Below are positions 6,567 to 15,249 of a stretch of 36,226 bases of DNA, one piece after another. A model generated the notes under the pieces. The model saw nothing but the letters and a program-made list of their open reading frames with translations, was not told the origin of the DNA and made no database searches. Numbering within the stretch: the first letter of the stretch is position 1; each line of letters opens with the position of its first letter. The DNA comes from Patescibacteria group bacterium. Its GTDB lineage: Bacteria > Patescibacteriota > Microgenomatia > Levybacterales > UBA12049. The position numbers and the translations under genes were made by a program. The stretch lies in the NCBI GenBank assembly GCA_035260725.1, contig DATFUR010000010.1, positions 1 to 36,226 on the forward strand, written 5' to 3'.

Positions 6567-7520
6567 TTAGTTTTTAATTCTCAGTAGGGTCCAGCGGATT
6601 TTATCTGCAACTTTATAAATCTCATATAAGACCGGATTTATTACAAGATCGTAACTTCCCACAAATTCAATGTGTTCCGGGCCATACCCTTCTTTGAATC
6701 TGTGGAAACCATACCAAGGGTCATTTTTGTCGGGGATAGGTCCCAGTGCTCCCCACATATCGAATTTTTTAAGACCAATTTTCTTTCCCCATTTTATAAC
6801 TTCCCACATCATGAGGTTGCTGGCCATTGTTTCTCGGTTTTCACTGCTTGATGCGCCGTATGGATAATAAAGAGTGTCGTTGTAAACAAAAACTATCCAT
6901 GCAGCAAGAATTCTCTTTTTATATTTTGCCAAAAACAAATGCGCACTTAATTTATCTTTTGAGAGCTTGCCCTGAGCCTGCCGAAGGGTTTCCCACATAA
7001 GCCTGTGATATTTTTCCGAATGCGCGTAGAATCCTTGTCTTTGAGTAGTCTCTTTAGTCAGTTTTAAATATTCTTCAAAAGCTTTGTCTGAAGAATCCTC
7101 AACGATTTCGACTCCATGTTTCTGAGCAACTTTTATGTTGTAACGCGTTTTTGAATGCATATTTTTTAAAAGTTCTTCCTCGTTTTTAGTAAGGTCTAAG
7201 ATAAAGGTATATTTTGTAAATAGAGGATGAACAGCAGGTTTTAAATTTAGACTTTTGATTTTTTCTTTTGAATCCTGATTGTTGAGGACATTTGGTTCTA
7301 GCTGAATTAAGATACAATTCTCTTTTTTTCCTATATCCCTAAGTTCTTCGATCATTTTTAGGTCTGGCATGGGACCTTTGGGAAGGTATCCTATATTCCA
7401 ATTAGTGTGTGGAATTTTATGGATCGTAAGTTGTAAGTCTTTAGTATTTATAACTTTTACTCCCGATTTTTCGCGGAACTTTGCCCACTGCGTAGACTGA
7501 AGTGGATGATTATTTTTCAT
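6567..7520 (-). CDS. FemAB-family peptidoglycan interpeptide-bridge aminoacyltransferase
   Basis: QSTQWAKFREKSG...YLPKGP at the N-terminus and LAAWIVFVYNDTLYYPYGASS...MWEVIKWGKKIG...FDMWG...FKEGYG are typical FemX/MurM-family blocks. Confidence 0.8.
   Translation of the reverse strand: MKNNHPLQSTQWAKFREKSGVKVINTKDLQLTIHKIPHTNWNIGYLPKGPMPDLKMIEELRDIGKKENCILIQLEPNVLNNQDSKEKIKSLNLKPAVHPLFTKYTFILDLTKNEEELLKNMHSKTRYNIKVAQKHGVEIVEDSSDKAFEEYLKLTKETTQRQGFYAHSEKYHRLMWETLRQAQGKLSKDKLSAHLFLAKYKKRILAAWIVFVYNDTLYYPYGASSSENRETMASNLMMWEVIKWGKKIGLKKFDMWGALGPIPDKNDPWYGFHRFKEGYGPEHIEFVGSYDLVINPVLYEIYKVADKIRWTLLRIKN
6965..6988 (-). repeat. 24-nt GC-rich motif CCCTTCGGCAGGCTCAGGGCAAGC (copy A, inside the FemAB-family CDS)
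   Basis: It is 22/24 identical to plus-strand 36071-36094. Here it is translated in frame as TLRQAQGKL. Confidence 0.5.
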
Positions 7521-9343
7521 AAGTAATCCGGCACATCTTGTCTCTCCAAAAGGTTTTCGGAAAGAGTTTCTTTTGGCAGTTCCAAAATAAATCTCGAAAC
7601 TACATTACTGGTTCTTTGTCCGAAGTATAATCTTCTTCGCGAATATGTTAAAAAAAGTTTTTCTTTTGCTCGGGTAATGCCGACATAACAAAGTCTTCTT
7701 TCCTCTTCGAGTTCGTTCCTATCCATAAGGCTTCTGGAATGAGGGAATAATCCCTCTTCCATTCCCACCATAAATACCACAGGAAATTCTAAACCTTTGG
7801 CAGCGTGGAAAGTCATTAAATTAACAGCGTCTTTTTTTTCATCTCCATTAGGCTTGTCGGGAAGATACTCTTGCTCGACGAGCGCCACATTCTCTAGAAA
7901 ATTATTTATTTCCGGAAATTCAATTGCAACCGATCTTAATTCTTTTATATTTTCTAGTCTTGTTCTGTCTTCTTCGTCTTTCTCGTCGAACATAGACAGG
8001 TAATCGATCTTTTTAACAACACCGTCTAATATTTCTATGGTAGCTTTTCCTAATTCCGCAGTTTTTGCAAACTCCTCGAATTTTTCGAGTCTTCCTTTAC
8101 CTAATTTTTCCACTCTCTTGTAAGAAATTTTCTCTTTAGGATTTACAAGAAGTTTTAGGAAGGCTAGGATATCTTTTATTTCTTTTCTCTCGTAGAATCT
8201 TGTTCCACCTATTAGAATATAAGGCAGGGAGAGGTGTAAAAAAACCTCTTCGATGGATCTTGATTGAGCATTTGTTCTATAGAGAATAGTAAAATCAGAA
8301 AACTTTAGATCCGGGTATTGATATTTAATGTTGCTTATCTGACCGGCTATGAATTCGGCCTCATTTTGTTCGTTTTCCGCTTCGAATAAATTTATATCTT
8401 CTCCTCCCTGTTTTTCGGTCCAAAGAGAAAGAATAGGGTGTGATGTATTTTTCGAAATCACAGAAGAGGCCGCATCCAAAATTTTTTGCGTCGATCTATA
8501 ATTTTGAGAAAGTTTAAAAGTTTTGGTATTTGCGAAATCCTCTTCGAATTTTTTCAAATTTTGGAAGTCTGCTCCCCGGAAACTATAAATACTTTGAGAA
8601 AAATCTCCAACAACGCTTATATTCTGATTTTTTTTTGCAAGAAGCTTTGTCAGTTCGTATTGTGCATGATTGGTGTCTTGGTATTCATCTACTAAAATGT
8701 ATTGGAATTTATTCTGATATTTAGAAAGAATATCTTTATTTTCTTTTAAAAGTAAAACAGTCTTGAGAATTAAATCATCAAAATCCAAAGCATTATTATC
8801 TTTTAGAGTTTTTTGATAAACAGTGTAAACTTTACTTACTACTTCCTGGAAATGTCCCCTGGCATAGTTTAGGTAACCAAGGGAATCGATAAGCTCATTC
8901 TTTGCTTGAGAAATTGTATTAAGGACAGAAGATGGTTTGTACTCTTTGGGAGAAATTCCTAAAAGTTTCATGGCTTCTTTTATTGCGTCTATCTGGTCTT
9001 GAGTATCATAAATAACATAGCTATTGCCAACTCCCACATATTTTCCGTCAATTCTTAGAATTTTGCTGCACAAAGAATGAAATGTGGAAATAGTAACTGC
9101 CGTTGATTTTCCTATGGCTTTTGCCACTCTTTCTTTCATCTCTGCGGCGGCTTTGTTTGTAAAAGTCACCATAAGAATATTGTTGGGATCGACACCCTTC
9201 TCGTTTATTAGATAAATAACTTTGTAGGTTAAAACTCTTGTTTTTCCACTTCCGGCTCCCGCCAAAATTATCATAGGTCCTTGTGTATTTTCCACAGCTT
9301 TTGCTTGTTCCTCGTTTAAGTCCTTGAGAAGGTCTCGTTTCAT
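7517..9343 (-). CDS. UvrD/PcrA/Rep-family ATP-dependent DNA helicase (short form)
   Basis: Helicase motifs are present: LAGAGSGKT (Walker A), TFTNKAA, ILVDEYQDTN, SIYSFRGA, LSQNYRS, MTFHAAKGLEFPVVF and YVGITRA. ATG 9343 (MKRDLLKDLNEEQ) is preferred to the GTG at 9361. Confidence 0.9.
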   Translation of the reverse strand: MKRDLLKDLNEEQAKAVENTQGPMIILAGAGSGKTRVLTYKVIYLINEKGVDPNNILMVTFTNKAAAEMKERVAKAIGKSTAVTISTFHSLCSKILRIDGKYVGVGNSYVIYDTQDQIDAIKEAMKLLGISPKEYKPSSVLNTISQAKNELIDSLGYLNYARGHFQEVVSKVYTVYQKTLKDNNALDFDDLILKTVLLLKENKDILSKYQNKFQYILVDEYQDTNHAQYELTKLLAKKNQNISVVGDFSQSIYSFRGADFQNLKKFEEDFANTKTFKLSQNYRSTQKILDAASSVISKNTSHPILSLWTEKQGGEDINLFEAENEQNEAEFIAGQISNIKYQYPDLKFSDFTILYRTNAQSRSIEEVFLHLSLPYILIGGTRFYERKEIKDILAFLKLLVNPKEKISYKRVEKLGKGRLEKFEEFAKTAELGKATIEILDGVVKKIDYLSMFDEKDEEDRTRLENIKELRSVAIEFPEINNFLENVALVEQEYLPDKPNGDEKKDAVNLMTFHAAKGLEFPVVFMVGMEEGLFPHSRSLMDRNELEEERRLCYVGITRAKEKLFLTYSRRRLYFGQRTSNVVSRFILELPKETLSENLLERQDVPDYL

Positions 9344-9353
9344 ACCGTATAAT
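9324..9353 (+). promoter_or_regulatory. tpiA promoter TTGAGA-18 nt-TATAAT, with the -10 box ending 8 nt before the ATG
   Basis: TTGAGA lies at 9324-9329 and TATAAT at 9348-9353, with ATG at 9362 and no SD. On the opposite strand, a TATTAT box (9357->9352) lies 8 nt before the helicase ATG at 9343. Confidence 0.45.
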
Positions 9354-9361
9354 AATAGCAC

Positions 9362-10027
9362 ATGAAGCCAATCCTAATAGTCGCAAACCTTAAGTCAAAT
9401 AAGACCAAAAACGAGGCCGAAAAATGGCTTGAAGAAATGTCCCGCATTAAGAATCTTCCGAATCTCTCGAACAAAAAAATTGTAGTTTGTCCACCCTTTA
9501 CTCTTTTAGATTTTTTTAACTCTTATATTTTAAACCATGAGATTCCGATAGAATTGGGGGCTCAGAATATATCTCGCCTTCCGGAAGGCGCTTATACAGG
9601 GGAGATAAACGGAGCACAAATTAGAGAATTTGCAAAGTACACAATAGTGGGGCATTCGGAAAGAAGAAGCGGGTTTGGTGAAGACGAAAGTATTGTTGAA
9701 GAAAAAGTTAAAATGTCTATAGACTATAATTTGATTCCAATTCTCTGCGTTCAAAACGAAAACAACACTATTCCAAACGGAGTTTCCATAGTTGTTTACG
9801 AACCTGTTTTTGCAATTGGGACCGGGGAATCCGACGATCCGCAAAATGCCGAAGACATAGCCAAGAAGATAAAAACTTCTGCAAAAGTGGAGCAAGTTCT
9901 TTATGGAGGCAGTGTTACTTCAGGCAACGTAAAGGGTTTTACTCAAAAAGAGAATCTAAGTGGAGTTTTGGTCGGAGGAGCGTCGCTTGAGGCTTTAGAA
10001 TTTATAAAAATAATCGAAAATGTTTAA
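9362..10027 (+). CDS. tpiA: triose-phosphate isomerase (short, 221 aa)
   Basis: ANLKSNKT (catalytic Asn/Lys), GAYTGEI, GHSERR, YEPVFAIGTG (catalytic Glu), YGGSV and GGASL are all present. Confidence 0.85.
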   Translation: MKPILIVANLKSNKTKNEAEKWLEEMSRIKNLPNLSNKKIVVCPPFTLLDFFNSYILNHEIPIELGAQNISRLPEGAYTGEINGAQIREFAKYTIVGHSERRSGFGEDESIVEEKVKMSIDYNLIPILCVQNENNTIPNGVSIVVYEPVFAIGTGESDDPQNAEDIAKKIKTSAKVEQVLYGGSVTSGNVKGFTQKENLSGVLVGGASLEALEFIKIIENV

Positions 10028-11150
10028 GAACTTTAGGAAAACATTAAAAACGCATAAATTATTTTTGATAATAATAGTTTTGTTATTTATTTTTATCTTA
10101 CTTTTTGGAAAACTTATTTTTACAGCAGCCAAATGGTCCCCGGTATTTTTCCAATATATTTTCCAGAATGAAAGTTCCCTTAAAACATCGGACGACAGAG
10201 TGAATGTATTATTTTTAGGAATTGGGGGCGGAAGACACGACGGGCCGCTTCTTACAGATACTATTATTTACGCAAGCATTAACCCGGTAAAGCAAAAGGT
10301 AACTCTAATCTCCATTCCGCGAGATTTATGGGTTCCGGATTTAGAGTCTACCAGTAAAAAAATAAACACTGCTTATGTGTACGGAGAAGAAAAGCATAAA
10401 AATGGCGGTCTCCCTCTTGTAAAAGCAGTGGTTGAAAAAATTCTTAATCAACCCGTTGATTATATTTTGCTGATTGATTTTGAGGGGTTTGTAAAAGCAA
10501 TAGATAGGGTTGGAGGAATAGATGTAAATGTGCAAAGAAACTTTGAGGATTTTGAATATCCAATTAACGGAAAAGAAACCGATACATGTGGATTCACCGG
10601 AAACGAGTTTGAAAAACGGGCCACCTCATCGGCTATCTTTGAGTCATTTCCGTGTCGGTATGAACATCTTAATTTTCAACAAGGATCGCAGCATATGGAT
10701 GGAGAAACTGCTCTAAAATTTGTTCGCTCACGCCACGCAAAGGGAATAGAGGGCACAGATTTTGCACGAGGCAAGAGGCAAGAACTGGTAATAGAAGCGT
10801 TTAAAAGAAAACTATTTTCTGTGAATACTCTTTTAAATCCTGGAAGATTAATGAGTTTGTACGATGTAGTTAAAGACAGTATTCGTACAAATATAAAGCA
10901 AGATGAGTATGATGATTTTATAAAGCTTGCACAGAAAATGAAAAACTCCGAAACAAATAATGTTGTCTTTTCTTATACGGATCCGTATTCGGGGCAACAA
11001 GGAATTTTTATTAATCCTTTAGACTCTGAAAAGTACGATAACGAATGGGTTTTAATTCCTCGAGCGGGTAATGGAAATTTTTCTGAAGTCCAAAAATATG
11101 TAGATTGCGAAATAAAAATAGGTAACTGCCCTATAAACTCCAAATATTAA
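10020..11150 (+). CDS. LytR-CpsA-Psr (LCP) family glycopolymer-to-peptidoglycan ligase
   Basis: An N-terminal TM helix is followed by VNVLFLGIGGGRHDGPLLTDTIIYASINPVKQKVTLISIPRDLWV and ...GETALKFVRSRH..., the LCP core blocks. Confidence 0.85.
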   Translation: MFKNFRKTLKTHKLFLIIIVLLFIFILLFGKLIFTAAKWSPVFFQYIFQNESSLKTSDDRVNVLFLGIGGGRHDGPLLTDTIIYASINPVKQKVTLISIPRDLWVPDLESTSKKINTAYVYGEEKHKNGGLPLVKAVVEKILNQPVDYILLIDFEGFVKAIDRVGGIDVNVQRNFEDFEYPINGKETDTCGFTGNEFEKRATSSAIFESFPCRYEHLNFQQGSQHMDGETALKFVRSRHAKGIEGTDFARGKRQELVIEAFKRKLFSVNTLLNPGRLMSLYDVVKDSIRTNIKQDEYDDFIKLAQKMKNSETNNVVFSYTDPYSGQQGIFINPLDSEKYDNEWVLIPRAGNGNFSEVQKYVDCEIKIGNCPINSKY

Positions 11151-11153
11151 TTC

Positions 11154-12368
11154 ATGGCTTTTAAAATTTTTTTGTTTGCAGTTTTGTTTTTGCGAATAAT
11201 TCTATTTAATATTCCCAGTTTTCAAATAGATATGAATGCGTGGGAATCGTGGTCTTATAGATTGGTTACTCTGGGCTTGTCTAATTTTTATTCTTTTGAT
11301 TATTTTGCAGATTATTTCCCCGGCTATCTTTATATTCTGTGGATTTTTGGAAGTTTTTATCACTTTATTTTTCCTCAACTCTCTTTTTCCAATATCGGAT
11401 TTGAATTTATGGTTAAGTTTATAACCACGTTATTCGATATTGGAACAGCTTATTATATTTATAAAATAGTCAATAAATATCTTCCCAAATTTTCAAAATT
11501 TGCAGCATTATTTTATTTGGTAAATCCTGCTGTTATCTTTAACAGTTCGGTTTGGGGTCAAATAGATGGAATTTTCACTTTTTTTCTAGTGTATTCCTGC
11601 TTTTTATTAACAGAAGTCAAAAAACCCATTGAATCTTCCTTTGTTTCTTCTATTGCTGTTTTAATTAAGCCCCACTCTCTGGCATTATTACCCGCTTTTG
11701 TGCTGTATAACTTTAAATTTTATGAAAAATATTTGGTAGTGGTGTTACTCATACTTTTGTTGGTACCGATTATTATGTCTATACCCTTTTTTCCAAATAA
11801 TCCTGTCTTGGGTCTCGTTAGTCTTTCGAGAAGTTCTGCAAATGTTTATCCATTCACGTCATTGTTCGCATTTAATTTTTGGGGGATTTTAGGTTGGTGG
11901 AAGTCGGACAAAAGCTCTCTTTTCTCTTTGTCATATCAGATCTGGGGGTTTGTTTTATATGCTGTCTCCATGATTTTTATTTTGTATCCTGCTGTAAAAA
12001 ATAAAATTAAATCTAAGCATTTTTACCTGGTTTCCTTCTTGTCTTTCATGTCTTTTTATCTTTTTCTAACTAGAATGCACGAAAGATATTTATTTGCCTC
12101 TCTGGCTTTTATTTTAATTGCCGCCTTTATAAATAAATCCAAACTGCTCGGTTTAATATATTTTTTTATTTCTATAGTTCATTTTATTAATTTATGGTAC
12201 GTATATTACTACTATAATTTTGTTTACAACGACATTAAAACCGGCAACAATTTTTTCTACATGGCTATAGATGGGAATAAGACAATTTTGTCTCTAGCGG
12301 TAATTGCTTGTTTTGTCACCGTTTTAGTTTATTACTATAAATCTTTTAATGAAAAAATTTCTAAATAA
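11154..12368 (+). CDS. polytopic GT-C-fold membrane glycosyltransferase (mannosyltransferase-like), putative
   Basis: About 10 or more TM segments. An early extracytoplasmic loop carries acidic/aromatic residues (FQIDMNAWESWSYRL...DYFADYFPGYLYI), as in polyprenyl-phosphate-sugar-dependent GT-C enzymes. I cannot assign the family exactly. Confidence 0.55.
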   Translation: MAFKIFLFAVLFLRIILFNIPSFQIDMNAWESWSYRLVTLGLSNFYSFDYFADYFPGYLYILWIFGSFYHFIFPQLSFSNIGFEFMVKFITTLFDIGTAYYIYKIVNKYLPKFSKFAALFYLVNPAVIFNSSVWGQIDGIFTFFLVYSCFLLTEVKKPIESSFVSSIAVLIKPHSLALLPAFVLYNFKFYEKYLVVVLLILLLVPIIMSIPFFPNNPVLGLVSLSRSSANVYPFTSLFAFNFWGILGWWKSDKSSLFSLSYQIWGFVLYAVSMIFILYPAVKNKIKSKHFYLVSFLSFMSFYLFLTRMHERYLFASLAFILIAAFINKSKLLGLIYFFISIVHFINLWYVYYYYNFVYNDIKTGNNFFYMAIDGNKTILSLAVIACFVTVLVYYYKSFNEKISK

Positions 12369-13602
12369 GTTTTGCTTGGAAATTGTTGTTTTTGGTTTTG
12401 CACTATTCACGAGATTTTGGAGATTGGATTATCCCAAAACTCACATTTTTGATGAGGTTTACCATGCGTTTACAGCCCAAGCTATGGTTAAGTGGGATCC
12501 AAGATCCTGGGAGTGGTGGAACACCTCGCCGGCAGGATTTGCTTACGAGTGGACTCATCCGCCTCTAGCCAAAGAATTTATGGCGCTTTCTATTCTTGTT
12601 TTTGGGGACACAAGTTTTGCATGGAGATTCTTTTCCGCATTATTTGGTTTTGGATCAATAATTTTAATCTATTTAATTTCTTATTATCTTTTTAAAAATA
12701 GAAGAGTGGCACTTCTTTCTGCTCTGGTCGCCTCGTTAGATGGTTTGCTTTTGGTCATGTCCAGAATCGCCATGAATGATAGCTATTTTTTATTTTTTTC
12801 TCTTCTGTCCATATATTTATTCCTCAAAAAGAGAAATTTCCTAATGGGTTTATCATTGGGATTGGCAATTGCATCTAAGTGGACAGGATTTTTTGCAATA
12901 ATAATTATCTTAGCTTTGTTTATTTATGAGAATCTAAATTCTAGAAAATTAAAATCAAAAAATATTTTAAAATTTGTATTCTTTCTTTTTGTTACCCCTT
13001 TAGTCATATATATTGCATCATATACGCCTTTTTTCCTGCAGCGGCACATTCCGCCTAACCAAAACTTTACAAATGTTCAGACTTTTATAGAGCTTCAGCA
13101 GCAAATGTGGTGGTATCACACAAATTTAAAAGCCACTCATCCATACCAGTCAACTCCCTTTGATTGGATTTTTGATTTGAGACCTGTTTGGTTATTTGTG
13201 GATTACCAAAAAGAAAAAGTTGCTAATATTTACACTTTGGAAAATCCTATGATTGCCTGGTTTGGTTTAGTTTCGATTTTATTCCTTGTCTTTGAGTTTT
13301 TCAAAAAAAGAACTTTGCCTTATTTATTAGTGCCGCTTTCTTATTTGAGTTTTTTTGTTTTATGGTTTCATTCCCCAAGAATTATGTTTAACTATCATTA
13401 TCTTGCGTCAACAGCGTTTCTAGCAATTGCAATTGGTTTCACACTTAATAAATTAATGAATAGCAAATTAGGAAAGGTTTTATTCTTTTCTTTTTTAATT
13501 CTTATGATTTCCCTCTCGATCTACTTTTATCCATTATGGACCGGAGTTAGTGTGGCAACGGATTTTAACAATAACTATTTCTGGATTAAGAGTTGGAAAT
13601 AG
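12349..13602 (+). CDS. GT39/PMT-family (phospholipid-carrier-dependent) protein O-mannosyltransferase-like glycosyltransferase
   Basis: FDEVYHAFTAQAM (the DE motif in loop 1), ...SRIAMNDSYF... and a C-terminal 4-TM module with HYLAS are present. It overlaps the preceding gene by 20 nt. Confidence 0.75.
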   Translation: MKKFLNKFCLEIVVFGFALFTRFWRLDYPKTHIFDEVYHAFTAQAMVKWDPRSWEWWNTSPAGFAYEWTHPPLAKEFMALSILVFGDTSFAWRFFSALFGFGSIILIYLISYYLFKNRRVALLSALVASLDGLLLVMSRIAMNDSYFLFFSLLSIYLFLKKRNFLMGLSLGLAIASKWTGFFAIIIILALFIYENLNSRKLKSKNILKFVFFLFVTPLVIYIASYTPFFLQRHIPPNQNFTNVQTFIELQQQMWWYHTNLKATHPYQSTPFDWIFDLRPVWLFVDYQKEKVANIYTLENPMIAWFGLVSILFLVFEFFKKRTLPYLLVPLSYLSFFVLWFHSPRIMFNYHYLASTAFLAIAIGFTLNKLMNSKLGKVLFFSFLILMISLSIYFYPLWTGVSVATDFNNNYFWIKSWK

Positions 13603-13603
13603 T

Positions 13604-14944
13604 CTACAAAAGCACCCGGCTTAGGAAAAAGAAAATTCCTCCAACCACTGCGAGAAGTGCCCCCATTAAACCCATTGATACTTCGGACGTTCCGGTGGGA
13701 GCTAGCGTAGGACGGACAGTTGCCACAGGCGTAGGAGTAGAAATAACAATTGGAGTTGCAGTCGGAGTAGGTGTTGGAAATAGCGAAGCCGCAGGAGTTG
13801 GTGTAGGAGTAGGTGTTGGACTTGGAGATAGGCTTGGCGAAGCAGAGGCTGTTGCGGCTTGGGCTGTTTGAGGAGCAAAAATGGTAAATGTTTGAGTTAT
13901 AGTTCGTAAAATTCCCGAAGAGTCCCGTGCTGTTATTGTAATTTTGTGTTGTCCGGACGAGAGGGCAGTTGCAGGTTTAAAACTCCAGTTGCCATTAGCG
14001 TCTACTACGACCTGTCCTTGTATTTGTTCGTTTGATTCGATTAGTATGTTAACTTTGTCGCTCGGAACGCCTGTTCCTTTAAACAATGGTTTTTGATCGG
14101 AAAATGTTTGGTTTTGCCTAGGAGTATTTATTTGCGGGCCTGTTGATTTGCCTGAGGAAATCGTTGGAAATTGCAATTTGGCGGAAGAAGAAGCAATCTC
14201 CGATGAGCTTTGGGTAAAATCATAATTTTTGGAAATGACAATTGTAGGAACGTAATTTACATCTTTTGCAGAAATTTCAACAGACGACTGTCCTTCACCA
14301 CTTACAACTAGCATTTTTATTTTATCCCCGGGACTAAATTTAAAATAGGAAGAAAGCTCCTGATTTCTCAAGGTTTCCAAAGAAAGAGTGTAGCTTCCAT
14401 CGGAGGTAACTGGAGCTGACAAAGCTTGCGCTCCGTTAGCGGTCATGTAGACGATAGCCTCTTTTGGAGGGGTATTTTCTACTGTTACTACTTTGCCTAC
14501 AATAAATCCGCTTCCCGATTTTTCTAAAATCTTGGAACCTGTAATTACTTCGTAGGGAATTCCATTGTTAAGATAAGAATCCTGACCGCTGACTATCGAA
14601 AAATAATATTTTGTAGCTGGATCAAGATTTTCCACTTTAAAACTGTGAATTGTATGCTCCGTTGGGTTAGCTTTATCCTTCTCATCGCTTATTGTAAGAC
14701 CAAGTTTTTGATCCTTTCCGAAATTGATTGATCCTAAAATTTTGGATGCTGTTTCGTAAGATACGGTAAAAGAAGAGTCGGAGATGTTTGTTATTCTGAT
14801 GTCTTGGGGATTTGATGTTGGGCTCGCTTGCTGCACGAAAAAAGTATTTTGACCAACGAGAAGCGTGGTTATGCCTATTGCAATTGTTATTAATAAAAGT
14901 CCCAGAAGAGTCGGTATTCTCTTTTCCCAAAATTTATTTCTCAT
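13604..14944 (-). CDS. multidomain surface protein with a C-terminal LAPTG sortase-type sorting signal
   Basis: It has an N-terminal signal anchor and an FN3-like domain (IRITNISDSSFTVSYET...LDPATKYYF). It also has a CarboxypepD_reg-like domain (GKVVTVENTPPKEAIVYMT...TSDGSYTLSL) and an Ig-like domain (VVVDANGNWSFKP...SGQHKITITARDSSG). These are followed by a Pro/Thr linker and LAPTG (13705->13691) plus a hydrophobic tail ending SRVLL. A GGAGGT SD lies 5 nt upstream of the ATG. Confidence 0.75.
   Translation of the reverse strand: MRNKFWEKRIPTLLGLLLITIAIGITTLLVGQNTFFVQQASPTSNPQDIRITNISDSSFTVSYETASKILGSINFGKDQKLGLTISDEKDKANPTEHTIHSFKVENLDPATKYYFSIVSGQDSYLNNGIPYEVITGSKILEKSGSGFIVGKVVTVENTPPKEAIVYMTANGAQALSAPVTSDGSYTLSLETLRNQELSSYFKFSPGDKIKMLVVSGEGQSSVEISAKDVNYVPTIVISKNYDFTQSSSEIASSSAKLQFPTISSGKSTGPQINTPRQNQTFSDQKPLFKGTGVPSDKVNILIESNEQIQGQVVVDANGNWSFKPATALSSGQHKITITARDSSGILRTITQTFTIFAPQTAQAATASASPSLSPSPTPTPTPTPAASLFPTPTPTATPIVISTPTPVATVRPTLAPTGTSEVSMGLMGALLAVVGGIFFFLSRVLL
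13706..13849 (-). repeat. low-complexity Pro/Thr/Ser-rich linker coding repeat (SPSPTPTPTPTP...TPTPTATP...)
   Basis: Reiterated GGAGT/GGTGT units appear on the plus strand. They generate the spurious GVGVGVG ORF 13593..13871 on the opposite strand. Confidence 0.7.
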
Positions 14945-15249
14945 AATTTACCTCCACTTGGCGTAGCTGTTTTTGTTGGTGCCGGTGTTGCCGAGGGCTT
15001 TGCCGAAGAAGAAGCTACGGGTGTCTGTTGCTGTCCGGGAGCTAACTGATAAATGGGAACAATGCTGTTTCTCTTTTTCAAATCCGAAATTGTTTTTTCG
15101 TCAAAAGTGGGTGATATGGGCAGTATCTGGGTACCCAGGGTTTCCGGAATAGTAGAAGTAACGGAATTATGATAGACACTAAAACCCATATAAATCAGAA
15201 TCAAGACAAAAAACGAAACCACAATAAAAAGTAATTCTCTTTGTTTCAT
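14941..15249 (-). CDS. small membrane-anchored protein with a Pro/Thr/Ser-rich tail (102 aa)
   Basis: It has one N-terminal TM helix (LLFIVVSFFVLILIYMGFSV). ATGA overlaps occur at both ends (15246-15249 and 14941-14944). Confidence 0.6.
   Translation of the reverse strand: MKQRELLFIVVSFFVLILIYMGFSVYHNSVTSTIPETLGTQILPISPTFDEKTISDLKKRNSIVPIYQLAPGQQQTPVASSSAKPSATPAPTKTATPSGGKL

Noticed and set aside
13593-13871. Plus-strand ORF encoding a Gly/Val-rich 92-aa protein (GVGVGVGVG...).
   Set aside because: It is the antisense shadow of the Pro/Thr-rich linker and LAPTG tail of the well-supported minus-strand gene 13604..14944. Low-complexity repeats keep the opposite frame open.
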